Assembly (NCBI GenBank): GCA_029260905.1
Contig: JAJDCH010000009.1
Span: forward strand, 26,498-90,497
DNA: 64,000 bases
Direction of reading: 5' to 3'
Source: Candidatus Levyibacteriota bacterium
GTDB lineage: Bacteria; Patescibacteriota; Microgenomatia; Levybacterales; UBA12049
The position numbers and the translations under genes were made by a program. Each line of letters starts with the position of its first letter. The first letter of the stretch is position 1. A model generated the notes under the pieces. That model saw only the letters and a program-made list of their open reading frames with translations, was not told where the DNA came from and ran no database searches. Below, piece after piece: positions 17,863-26,344 of the stretch.

Positions 17863-19038
17863 ATGAAATTCATCGATGAAGTAACGATCAAAAATAAAAC
17901 AGTTCTCCTCAGAGTTGATTTCAATGTCTCACTTTTTGAAAATCTCTCCATTTCTGATGATCTTCGTATCAGACAATCAATCCCAACCATCAAATACCTA
18001 CTCAAAGATCACAATAAAATAATCCTGATTGCTCACCTCAATGATCCTGAAAAAAGAGATAAAAAAGAATCACTCATCAGAGTCAAGAATAGGCTTCATG
18101 AATATCTTCCTGATAAAAAAATCCATTTTGTTGAAGACTTTACAAAAAATCCTGAAGGGATAAAAGACATGGATAGCGATATCGTGATGCTTGAAAATAT
18201 CAGATTTTATGAAGGTGAGAAAAAAAATGATCCTGAGTTTGCCAAATCCTTGGCAGGACTTGCAGAAATATACGTCAATGACGCATTTGGGGTCTCACAC
18301 CGTGATCATGCATCAATTGTCGGTATTCCCAAATATCTTCCATCTTTTGGAGGTCTACTTCTGAAAAAAGAAACAACTATTCTTAAAAGGGTTATGGAAA
18401 ATCCCCAAAAACCCTTTGTCGCAATAATTGGCGGCAAAAAAATAAGAACCAAAATAAAATTTATAACTAGACTTGTTAAGGTTGCTGACTATTTGCTGCT
18501 TGGCGGAGGTCTTGCCAATACTTTTCTAGCAGCAGAAGGATACAAAATGGGTGATAGTCTTGTTTCAAGTGAGGATATCAAGATCGCAAAAGACATCCTT
18601 TCTCATGCAAGATACCACAAAACTAGATTTGAACTGCCTGAAGATGCAGTAGTCGCTGATGATAAAAACGATAAAGAAACAGAGGTTAGAAAAGTGGAAG
18701 ACCTTGAACCAGAGGACGAGATCCTTGACATAGGCCCAGAAACACAAGCTGAATTCGGATCAATTATCGCTAAAGCCAAGACAATTATCTGGAATGGGCC
18801 TGTTGGTTACATGGAAAACCCAGTCTTCAAAAGAGGAACTGATTTTCTTTATTATGCAATAACTCACAATACTGATGCTGTTTCAGTTGTCGGAGGTGGA
18901 GATACGCTTGCTGCAATTGCCAAAAAAGAATATCTGGATAAAATAACCCATATCTCAACAGGTGGTGGAGCAATGCTTTTCTATATCGAAAACGGCACCC
19001 TCCCAGGATTGCAAGCGCTTGAAAAATCAAACAACTAG
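17863..19038 (+). CDS. pgk: phosphoglycerate kinase
   Basis: VLLRVDFNV, IIGGKKIRTKIKFI, GGGLANTFL, STGGGAMLFYIENGTLPGL. Confidence 0.85.
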   Translation: MKFIDEVTIKNKTVLLRVDFNVSLFENLSISDDLRIRQSIPTIKYLLKDHNKIILIAHLNDPEKRDKKESLIRVKNRLHEYLPDKKIHFVEDFTKNPEGIKDMDSDIVMLENIRFYEGEKKNDPEFAKSLAGLAEIYVNDAFGVSHRDHASIVGIPKYLPSFGGLLLKKETTILKRVMENPQKPFVAIIGGKKIRTKIKFITRLVKVADYLLLGGGLANTFLAAEGYKMGDSLVSSEDIKIAKDILSHARYHKTRFELPEDAVVADDKNDKETEVRKVEDLEPEDEILDIGPETQAEFGSIIAKAKTIIWNGPVGYMENPVFKRGTDFLYYAITHNTDAVSVVGGGDTLAAIAKKEYLDKITHISTGGGAMLFYIENGTLPGLQALEKSNN

Positions 19039-19472
19039 TGCCATTTGTTGAATTCTTCAAACATCTTAAGTCTTTTTTCTGAACCATCGTATCTCGCATC
19101 AAACCAAGCAGATAAAATTTTATCAAGCCTTTCTGAATCAATATCCCAAGCTGTCAGACACAATACATTGCACTTATCTTTCTCTACTGCCCATGAAGCA
19201 ATCTTTTCATTGGTCGCTAGACATGCGCGAATTCCTGAAAATTTATTCGCCCCCACCTCAACACCAATTCCTGTGCCACAAGTCAAAACACCCTTGTTTT
19301 CCTCATTTTGCAAAACTTTACTTGTAACTTTGGGGATCATCTCCTCAAGCGTCATTTCCTCATCTTTATTTTGAACACCCAGATTTTTATATTCCAAACC
19401 GCGGGATTGCAAAAACCCCTCAACCAGTTTTACGACTTCAAATCCGTGCTTGTCTCCAGCAATATAAATCAT
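19035..19472 (-). CDS. RpiB/LacA/LacB-family sugar-phosphate isomerase (second rpiB-like paralogue)
   Basis: MIYIAGDKHGFEV...LTCGTGIGVEVGANKFSGIRACL pattern; convergent 4-nt overlap with pgk. Confidence 0.6.
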   Translation of the reverse strand: MIYIAGDKHGFEVVKLVEGFLQSRGLEYKNLGVQNKDEEMTLEEMIPKVTSKVLQNEENKGVLTCGTGIGVEVGANKFSGIRACLATNEKIASWAVEKDKCNVLCLTAWDIDSERLDKILSAWFDARYDGSEKRLKMFEEFNKWH

Positions 19473-20296
19473 AATTTATAATCCTCTCTCTGTTTTATCT
19501 CCATTATCATTTTAGCAATTATCTCGTCGTATGAATATTCAGGAAGACCAAGCCCTTTCAATTTGTCTAAGCTATCCGAAATAACTGGTGTCTTGTCCTT
19601 TTTATCAACTGGTGTTATTTGTATACCAAAAGGCGTCAGGATATCCCACGCTGTATCATATCTTGTTTTTTTCTCACGAGTTCCAACAGTAATAATCTCA
19701 CCAACAATTTTTCTATCAATAATTTTTTCTATGACTTCAGATATGTGACCTATGTATGTTTGATGAGCCTTCCAGGAAATATCATAGACAGCCTCAGTCT
19801 TGCCATCCAGATTATTCAAAAGCCTATTGAAAGCGCGGTCATTTATAGTGTTTGGACTAATTCCAAGAACATGACAAGGTCTTATTATCACCCATCCATT
19901 CTTTGCCATCTTAATATACTTTTCACTTTTCTTCTTTGTTCGGCTATATACACTAAATGGGTTTTTTGCGGCAATTGATGATATGTAAATAATTTTTGCA
20001 CCGATCTTATCAGCAGCTGTTACAATATCTTTTGTTGATTCTTGATTAATTCTAATTGCTTCCTCAGAATGAGCCTCACACCACTTGGCCTCAGCTGCTG
20101 CAGCATGAATAATTATGTCTGGCTTTATCTTATTAAAAACCCGCTCAATCTCTTTTTTGTCAGTAATCTCAAGATGAATAAACTCATTAAAAATCTTATT
20201 TTCCCTATAGCTACCAACGACTTTATATTTACTGCGTAAATCAAAATATAGCCTTGCACCCAGATAACTACTAGCACCAGTCAGAAGAATTTTCAT
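19469..20296 (-). CDS. NAD(P)-dependent epimerase/reductase (RmlD-like Rossmann protein)
   Basis: MKILLTGASSYLGARLYFDL glycine-rich dinucleotide motif. Confidence 0.5.
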   Translation of the reverse strand: MKILLTGASSYLGARLYFDLRSKYKVVGSYRENKIFNEFIHLEITDKKEIERVFNKIKPDIIIHAAAAEAKWCEAHSEEAIRINQESTKDIVTAADKIGAKIIYISSIAAKNPFSVYSRTKKKSEKYIKMAKNGWVIIRPCHVLGISPNTINDRAFNRLLNNLDGKTEAVYDISWKAHQTYIGHISEVIEKIIDRKIVGEIITVGTREKKTRYDTAWDILTPFGIQITPVDKKDKTPVISDSLDKLKGLGLPEYSYDEIIAKMIMEIKQREDYKL

Positions 20297-20322
20297 AATT
20301 TAGTAAACCAGTAAATGAAGAG

Positions 20323-20409
20323 CGGAGAGGGCGAGATTCGAACTCGCGGTAGGCTTGCACCCACAGATGTTTTCAAGACATCCGCACTAGACCACTATGC
20401 GACCTCTCC
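20323..20409 (-). tRNA. tRNA-Ser (UGA anticodon)
   Basis: GGAGAGG acceptor, anticodon loop CTTGAAA, long variable arm, T-arm GCGAGTTCGAATCTCGC; 87 nt. Confidence 0.7.
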
Positions 20410-20442
20410 AAGTCTTCGTATTGTAGCAAAAAAAGGAAAATT

Positions 20443-20946
20443 TTACACTTTGAGGAAACTACCAACAACTACCCCCACAGTTGTGGCGATGGCGCCGATG
20501 ATGAACAGCTCAATTGCCGATCTCCAAGGTCTATGCTCAACTATTTTCCCCTTAAGATAACCTATTACGAAGAGTCCGACAAAGGATGATGCAATTGCGG
20601 CATTTCGCGCATCTGGCTGATCAAAAATAATCGTTGGGATAATAGGAAACATACCACCAATTAAATATGCAAAAAACATAATAACAGCACCCAAAAACAA
20701 ACTGTCTTTGTGTCTTCCTGTCTTATCCATCTGATGAACAGCCTTCTCACTGGAGTATTGTCCAGCGCCCATTGAAGATGCCTCCACCATCACAGCCACA
20801 ATCGCCGCAAGAACTATAACTGCCTTATCTGTGACGCCAATTGATATTCCAACCACAACTCCTGTTGTTGAGACTATACCATCCTGGAGTCCAAACATCA
20901 TAGACCTAAAATAATCTTCATGTAGAGCTGATCTTAAATTTTTCAT
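20443..20946 (-). CDS. VIT1/CCC1-family iron/manganese transporter
   Basis: MMFGLQDGIVSTTGVVVGISIG motif with downstream TM helices. Start placed at the internal Met (MKNLRS) because the track ORF (to 21018) runs through a tRNA. Confidence 0.55.
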   Translation of the reverse strand: MKNLRSALHEDYFRSMMFGLQDGIVSTTGVVVGISIGVTDKAVIVLAAIVAVMVEASSMGAGQYSSEKAVHQMDKTGRHKDSLFLGAVIMFFAYLIGGMFPIIPTIIFDQPDARNAAIASSFVGLFVIGYLKGKIVEHRPWRSAIELFIIGAIATTVGVVVGSFLKV

Positions 20947-20954
20947 AAACGCTG

Positions 20955-21040
20955 CGGAGGAGACAGGATTCGAACCTGCGTGAGTATTTCTACTCAGGAA
21001 TTTAGCAAACTCCCGCAATGGGCCTCTATGCGACTCCTCC
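20955..21040 (-). tRNA. tRNA-Ser (GCU anticodon)
   Basis: GGAGGAG acceptor, anticodon loop TTGCTAA, long variable arm, T-arm GCAGGTTCGAATCCTGT; 86 nt. Confidence 0.7.
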
Positions 21041-21080
21041 AGTGTGTTGGTGCATTATATCATCAAGAGGCTATTTCTTG

Positions 21081-22298
21081 CTACTTGTTTTGGTTTTCCA
21101 AAACCTCATTAACCGGTTCAATAAGACGAACTAGAGGTGTTAAAAGTGCCGCCATAACAAAAGTAATTATAATTGCTGATTTCAAATCCAAATGCGCCCC
21201 AGCAATAAGAATAATTACCCAGGGTAAAGCTTTACCAACTCCGCCTGCTATCTCCATGTCTGTAAGATAAGCTGTTATGTCATACTTACGCGCAGCCTGA
21301 TAGAATCTAATCGTGTAAGGAATACTACTCATATTATCAGACATATCTCCCAAAAAATTAACACCAAAAGCGCTTAAAAATGAGTTTGTAAAAGCTCTTA
21401 AAACATGAACAATTGAACGAAACCCTGAGCCAATTCTCAACAACATTGAATTCTTTCCCTTGTCACCTGATTTGCCCATAACTCTAAGAAGAAAAATAGA
21501 AAGTAAAAGAGTTGCTGATGCAATAGCGCCAACATCCTGATATGTTTCAACCGAGAGATAAATAAAAAGTGGCCAGATAAGAACCCCCACCATTGTTTGG
21601 ACATTCATAGCAAAACTAGCAATAAGATGATTAATCGGTGCAGTTTTCATGAGATTTATGTTTGCTTTTTTAGGAACTGGTGGCTCAAGTGTTTTAAGCA
21701 GCGGATAAGAAGCAAGAATGAGCCCCCCACCTGCGACAAGAAAACCATATTCTATACCAAATTGTGTTGCAATCACACCACCAATAAATGGTGCCATACC
21801 TTGTGCAGCGTATGAAAAAATTAGAAGCGTTGTATACTCTGTAGTAGGCTCTTTCTCACTTATTATGGTTGCAAGATCAATATGTCTTGCCATCCAAAAA
21901 GTTCCAAGCGCTATGCCGCCTAAGATTCCTGCAAAATACAAAAGAGTACGGTTTTGAGGAAGAAAATAAAGTGTAATGGTATAAAGAAACATCAAAACAT
22001 AACTTAATATCAATATGTGTTTGGGGCCAAATCTCTTAGCAAGAATTGCTGCAAATGGATTAAAACTGGTTCTAACAAGCTCTGCAAAAATAAAAAACAT
22101 AGCAAGTTGAACTGTTGAAAAACCGAGATTAAAAATGTAGATTGGCACAAAAATCCCGATTAAACCAAATGCAAAAACATAAAAAGAAAGCGAGATATAA
22201 AGCTCATTCATTTCAGTAAAGTGCGGGTGGTGAATTTTTAAGTGCTGATGCAGATAATCGGGCATGAGTTCAATATAACACAAACAGCTTCTTCCCAA
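21081..22298 (-). CDS. major facilitator superfamily transporter
   Basis: About 12 predicted TM helices; 405 aa. Confidence 0.5.
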   Translation of the reverse strand: MGRSCLCYIELMPDYLHQHLKIHHPHFTEMNELYISLSFYVFAFGLIGIFVPIYIFNLGFSTVQLAMFFIFAELVRTSFNPFAAILAKRFGPKHILILSYVLMFLYTITLYFLPQNRTLLYFAGILGGIALGTFWMARHIDLATIISEKEPTTEYTTLLIFSYAAQGMAPFIGGVIATQFGIEYGFLVAGGGLILASYPLLKTLEPPVPKKANINLMKTAPINHLIASFAMNVQTMVGVLIWPLFIYLSVETYQDVGAIASATLLLSIFLLRVMGKSGDKGKNSMLLRIGSGFRSIVHVLRAFTNSFLSAFGVNFLGDMSDNMSSIPYTIRFYQAARKYDITAYLTDMEIAGGVGKALPWVIILIAGAHLDLKSAIIITFVMAALLTPLVRLIEPVNEVLENQNK

Positions 22299-22374
22299 AA
22301 ACTCCTTGAGATCAAAATATCAGTGTTGTATAATTCAGTTCCACTTAGCTTAGTGTTAATATAAGTTAATCATT

Positions 22375-23187
22375 ATGTTTTCGTCTCTGCTTATTACATT
22401 TCGAGAAACTCTTGAAGCGGCACTTGTCGTTGGAATTGTCCTGACTTTTTTGACAAAAACCAATCAAGTCTTATTTAAAAAATTTGTCTGGCAAGGTGTG
22501 GGATTGGGGGTTCTACTTTCAATAATTCTTGCTTTTGTTCTAGAAGCATTCTTTGGCGGGTTTGAAGGGAGAACAGAAGAAATTTTTGAAGGAATACTTA
22601 TGTTTATCACTGCAGGATTTCTAACCTGGATGATTATGTGGGTTCACAAACAAAAAGACATTGCCAAAAACTTAAAAGAAAAAGTTGCTCTTCACGCTAA
22701 AAAGGGCTACGGAATTGGTATAATTTTTCTTGTGACATCATCTGTTTTCCGAGAAGGAATAGAAACAGTCCTTTATCTTAAAGCAAGTAGTCTTGCCGGT
22801 GTCACAAATCAGTTAACTGGGGCTGTAATTGGAATCATTACGGCGCTTATTCTTGGCTATAGTCTTTTTCGCTTTGCAATAAAAGTAAACCTGTCTATTG
22901 TATTTAATGTGACAAGTGTTTTTCTTCTTTTGTTTGCAGCAGGTCTTGTGGGTCATGGAGTTCATGAATTTCAGGAAGTTGGAATTATTCCAATTTTTTC
23001 ATTTGATCCTTTATGGAATATTTCAAATATCCTTGACCATTCAAGTATTCTTGGCAGTTTTCTCAGAGTACTTTTTGGCTACACCAGCAAGCCTACATTT
23101 GTCGAGTTTTTTTCATATGCGACATATATCTCCTTAGTGCTTTTAATCCAAAAACTCACTGATCAAAAACTGAAAGGTTTAAGATAA
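22375..23187 (+). CDS. FTR1/EfeU-family high-affinity iron permease
   Basis: Two RExxE motifs (FRETLEAALVV and FREGIETVLYL) in TM helices. Confidence 0.6.
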   Translation: MFSSLLITFRETLEAALVVGIVLTFLTKTNQVLFKKFVWQGVGLGVLLSIILAFVLEAFFGGFEGRTEEIFEGILMFITAGFLTWMIMWVHKQKDIAKNLKEKVALHAKKGYGIGIIFLVTSSVFREGIETVLYLKASSLAGVTNQLTGAVIGIITALILGYSLFRFAIKVNLSIVFNVTSVFLLLFAAGLVGHGVHEFQEVGIIPIFSFDPLWNISNILDHSSILGSFLRVLFGYTSKPTFVEFFSYATYISLVLLIQKLTDQKLKGLR

Positions 23188-23190
23188 TAT

Positions 23191-23607
23191 ATGAACATGT
23201 TCAAACCAGTTACGGCTAAATCCGTTGATGAATATATCAATATGCTCACACCTGAGCGTAAAAAAACCATTCTCTATCTTCATGAGAAGATACAAAAAGC
23301 CTCCCCCAAGCTAAAAGCCCATTTCTCATACAATATGCTTGGCTATGGTAGCTTCAAATACAAAAATTATAAAAAGGAGATTATTGATTGGCCAACCATA
23401 GCGCTTGCCAGTCAAAAAAACTACATAAGTCTTTATATCTGCGCGCTTGAAAATGGAGAATATATTGCTGAAAAATACAAAGACAAGCTTGGCAAAGTAA
23501 ATGTTGGAAGATCTTGCATCAGATTTAAAAAACTTGAAGACCTTAACATAACTGAAGTTGAGAAAATAATAAAACTTGCCTCCAAAAACCCTGGCTTGAC
23601 TGTTTGA
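23191..23607 (+). CDS. DUF1801 (YdhG-like) domain protein
   Basis: N-terminal VDEYINMLTPERKKTILYLHEKIQKASPKLKAHFSYNMLGYG pattern; immediately follows the FTR1 permease. Confidence 0.4.
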   Translation: MNMFKPVTAKSVDEYINMLTPERKKTILYLHEKIQKASPKLKAHFSYNMLGYGSFKYKNYKKEIIDWPTIALASQKNYISLYICALENGEYIAEKYKDKLGKVNVGRSCIRFKKLEDLNITEVEKIIKLASKNPGLTV

Positions 23608-23638
23608 CAACTAGATAAAATTGGATTAAAGTTAAATT

Positions 23639-24202
23639 GTGCCTGCCTCAGAACAGAAAAAAACAAAAAGTGATAAACAACAAGAACATGATCATAATTT
23701 TGAACATGAGGTTGTAACCTATCTTGAGTGGCACGCTCCAGGACGCCCCTTCAAAGAACGTACATTTGAATTTTTTGCCAACGCCTTTCTTATCATGATG
23801 GCAATAGAAATAATTCTATTTCTTTTTTCTGAATATTTTTTGATGCTTGTTGTTTTTGCATTGGTCTTCCTCTCGTTTGCACTAGCTCTTGTCCCGCCTA
23901 AAAATTTCTACTATACCATCTCATCTGAGGGTATAAGAGTAGAAGATCATTTCTTTATCTGGGATGAGCTCTATGATTTTTATATCCTAAAAAGACACAA
24001 TCGCGAAACAGTTCATGTTACAACAGCTTCATTTTATCCAGGAGAGCTGGTACTGACTATTCCCAAAGACATGGATACTGATTTGGTAAAAAAAATCCTT
24101 CTTCCACATCTTCCATTCAGGGAATACGTAAAACTCACTTTTGTTGAAAAAGCCGGCGACTGGCTGGAAAAAAACTTCCCTCTTGAAAAAAGTATTTCCT
24201 GA
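23639..24202 (+). CDS. hypothetical membrane protein
   Basis: Two central TM helices; no motif. Confidence 0.35.
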   Translation: MPASEQKKTKSDKQQEHDHNFEHEVVTYLEWHAPGRPFKERTFEFFANAFLIMMAIEIILFLFSEYFLMLVVFALVFLSFALALVPPKNFYYTISSEGIRVEDHFFIWDELYDFYILKRHNRETVHVTTASFYPGELVLTIPKDMDTDLVKKILLPHLPFREYVKLTFVEKAGDWLEKNFPLEKSIS

Positions 24203-24217
24203 ACTTATATTCTCAAG

Positions 24218-24305
24218 CGGAGGGTACAGGATTTGAACCTGTGAATCCACCAAAGGCGGATCGAGTTTTCGAAACTCGTGCAATTGACCACTATGCGAAC
24301 CCTCC
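24218..24305 (-). tRNA. tRNA-Ser (CGA anticodon)
   Basis: GGAGGGT acceptor, anticodon loop TTCGAAA, long variable arm, T-arm ACAGGTTCAAATCCTGT; 88 nt. Confidence 0.7.
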
Positions 24306-24314
24306 ACAAAACTG

Positions 24315-24388
24315 TACTCCCGGCGGGATTTGAACCCACGACCTCAACATCCGCAATGTTGCGCTCTATCCAGCTGAGCTACGGGAGC
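24315..24388 (-). tRNA. tRNA-Arg (GCG anticodon)
   Basis: GCTCCCG-TA-GCTC-AGCTGGATA-GAGC-G-CAACA-TTGCGGA-TGTTG-AGGTC-GTGGG-TTCAAAT-CCCGC-CGGGAGT-A; G37 fits m1G for CGN decoding. Confidence 0.65.
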
Positions 24389-24447
24389 ATATGCTGTATT
24401 TTACCTAATCCAGATGAGGCATGCAATTAAAGAATTTTCTCAGTCGA

Positions 24448-25248
24448 CTATTTGCCAGGGGGCTTAGCGGCACCTGTAATTGCGGCAACTGATAAGACAT
24501 AAAAAGCAACTGATACCAAAACAGTGTAGATTAAAATCTTGCCCGTTATCTTCGCGGACTTTGATGCTTTTGGATGTTCTAGAAGCCAATTTGAAACCTT
24601 ATCCTTAACCATAAGAGACTTGGCTATTTTACTTTTTATGCTTTCAATTTTTTGCTCTTCTGAAGAATCTTCATCTTCCAAGACAGCATTAACCTCATTA
24701 CGATCTCCTTGAAGGTCTTCTCTTGCATCTTGCATTTGCTGCTCTATGTTCTGTTCTTCATTATTACCTTCTCTATCCTCACCAAAGTTTTCATCTGGAA
24801 AAAGCTCTCTTCTGGCATCATCGCGGTTAAAACCTGCTATTTCCTCAAGTGGCATTGACTCAAAAGCTCCAAGCCTTGCTTCTTCTGGAAATTCTGAAAG
24901 CGTACTGCCAATATCGCTTTTAATATCATCCCATGGCTTATCGCTTTTCTTTGCGTCAGCAACAATCTCATTCAGTCTTCTTCCTGCTTTTTCCAGTCTT
25001 TCCGCATCTACACCAGGTCCGAACAATGTTCTAAATCCCTCTTCCGGACCGCCTGTTTTGACTGCTTCTACCACTTCTTTAGCACGTGCATCATAAGATT
25101 TTCCTTCATTTTCTGTTGACTCAGAAAAAAGTGGCGCAGGAGTTATTTCAGGCATTGGATTTGTGTCAGGTCCTGGACCTAATTCTTCTGATGTATCATT
25201 CATATAGTTTTCTTCTGTCATTTTATATCCTCCTTTCAGTTTATGCAA
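24448..25248 (-). CDS. hypothetical acidic protein with C-terminal TM anchor
   Basis: D/E-rich, with C-terminal ILIYTVLVSVAFYVLSVAAITGA. Confidence 0.4.
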   Translation of the reverse strand: MHKLKGGYKMTEENYMNDTSEELGPGPDTNPMPEITPAPLFSESTENEGKSYDARAKEVVEAVKTGGPEEGFRTLFGPGVDAERLEKAGRRLNEIVADAKKSDKPWDDIKSDIGSTLSEFPEEARLGAFESMPLEEIAGFNRDDARRELFPDENFGEDREGNNEEQNIEQQMQDAREDLQGDRNEVNAVLEDEDSSEEQKIESIKSKIAKSLMVKDKVSNWLLEHPKASKSAKITGKILIYTVLVSVAFYVLSVAAITGAAKPPGK

Positions 25249-25361
25249 ACAGTAATTATATAAGTTATAATAATACCCAGTATTTTATCTAAATACGATC
25301 ATTCTAGCTTTATATTTACTTAACAAACATCTTATAAAATATCAAAAAATAAAAATTAAAT

Positions 25362-25613
25362 ATGAAAAACAATAAAACTGAAGCTTTTAAAAAACGCCTT
25401 TATGTCTTTGTGCTAAAACTAATTAAATTCATAGAGAGTCTTAAAAAATCTCAAACCAGCAAGGTGATTGGAAACCAACTACTAAGAAGTAATACTGGCA
25501 TTTTGGGAACTTATATAGAAGGCCTATCAGCCAGTTCAAAAAAAGAATATACAAATTATTTTAACTACTCATTAAAATCTGCAAATGAAAGTGGGTTTGG
25601 ATCTGCATACTGA
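25362..25613 (+). CDS. four-helix-bundle protein (23S rRNA intervening-sequence protein family), short or truncated
   Basis: IGNQLLRSNTGILGTYIEGLSASSKKEYTNYFNYSLKSANES matches the QLlRSatSIgANiaEG...Sk.dF pattern of that family. Confidence 0.35.
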   Translation: MKNNKTEAFKKRLYVFVLKLIKFIESLKKSQTSKVIGNQLLRSNTGILGTYIEGLSASSKKEYTNYFNYSLKSANESGFGSAY

Positions 25614-25739
25614 GAGATACTGGAAACGGGAATAAAGAAAAAGCAAGCTCTTTACGTAAAGAGCTTGAGGAAAAAAGAAAATTATTTGATTTTTCATACT
25701 TATCTTTACTATTTTATTTTTAATATTTAATTTAAAACC

Positions 25740-26165
25740 ATGAAATTTGAATTTTCAGCAGGCGGAGTTGTCTTTAAAAAAACAACTAGCAAAACCTTTA
25801 TTTTAATTGCGCAGCACTCTTTTCATCACAACTGGGTCTTCCCAAAAGGCTTAATTGGTGATGAAGATAAGAATGAAACCAAAGAACAGACAGCCATTCG
25901 CGAGGTGGAAGAAGAAACAGGAATAAAAGCCAAAATCTTAGCACCACTTAAGCCTGTTACATTTTGGTATGTTTTTGAAGGAAAAAAAATCAAAAAGACT
26001 GTTTATTATTTTTTGATGGAGCATATATCTGGTGATACCACCAAGCATGATTTTGAAATGGAGGCAGTTGAGTGGATTCCTGAAAATAAAGTTTTTGATA
26101 AGCTTGCATACAAATCAGATAAAAAAGTTTGGGAAGATGCTAAAAAACTGATATCTAATAACTAA
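25740..26165 (+). CDS. NUDIX hydrolase
   Basis: Nudix box GLIGDEDKNETKEQTAIREVEEETGI. Confidence 0.65.
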   Translation: MKFEFSAGGVVFKKTTSKTFILIAQHSFHHNWVFPKGLIGDEDKNETKEQTAIREVEEETGIKAKILAPLKPVTFWYVFEGKKIKKTVYYFLMEHISGDTTKHDFEMEAVEWIPENKVFDKLAYKSDKKVWEDAKKLISNN

Positions 26166-26171
26166 TTACTG

Positions 26172-26258
26172 CGGAGGGAGGGGGATTCGAACCCCCGATA
26201 ATCTTTCGACCATACGAGCTTTCCAAGCCCGCGCACTCGACCACTATGCGATCCCTCC
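26172..26258 (-). tRNA. tRNA-Ser (GGA anticodon)
   Basis: GGAGGGA acceptor, anticodon loop TTGGAAA, long variable arm, T-arm GGGGGTTCGAATCCCCC; 87 nt. Confidence 0.7.
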
Positions 26259-26344
26259 TATTTGGGTATTGTAACAAAAACACCTCAGCCAGTCACCCAA
26301 ACCACCTTGACAACCCCCTCAAAATACATCACACTAAAATTAGT

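Noticed and set aside
20315-20560. 81-aa plus-strand track ORF
   Set aside because: Its first 90 nt coincide with the minus-strand tRNA-Ser(UGA) gene and the rest overlaps the VIT-family gene on the other strand. Spurious.
26246-26344. N-terminal 33-codon extension of the 699-aa track ORF (and likewise 20947-21018 of the VIT ORF)
   Set aside because: The extensions run through tRNA-Ser genes on the opposite strand, and internal Met codons give proper signal-peptide or TM N-termini. Starts trimmed.
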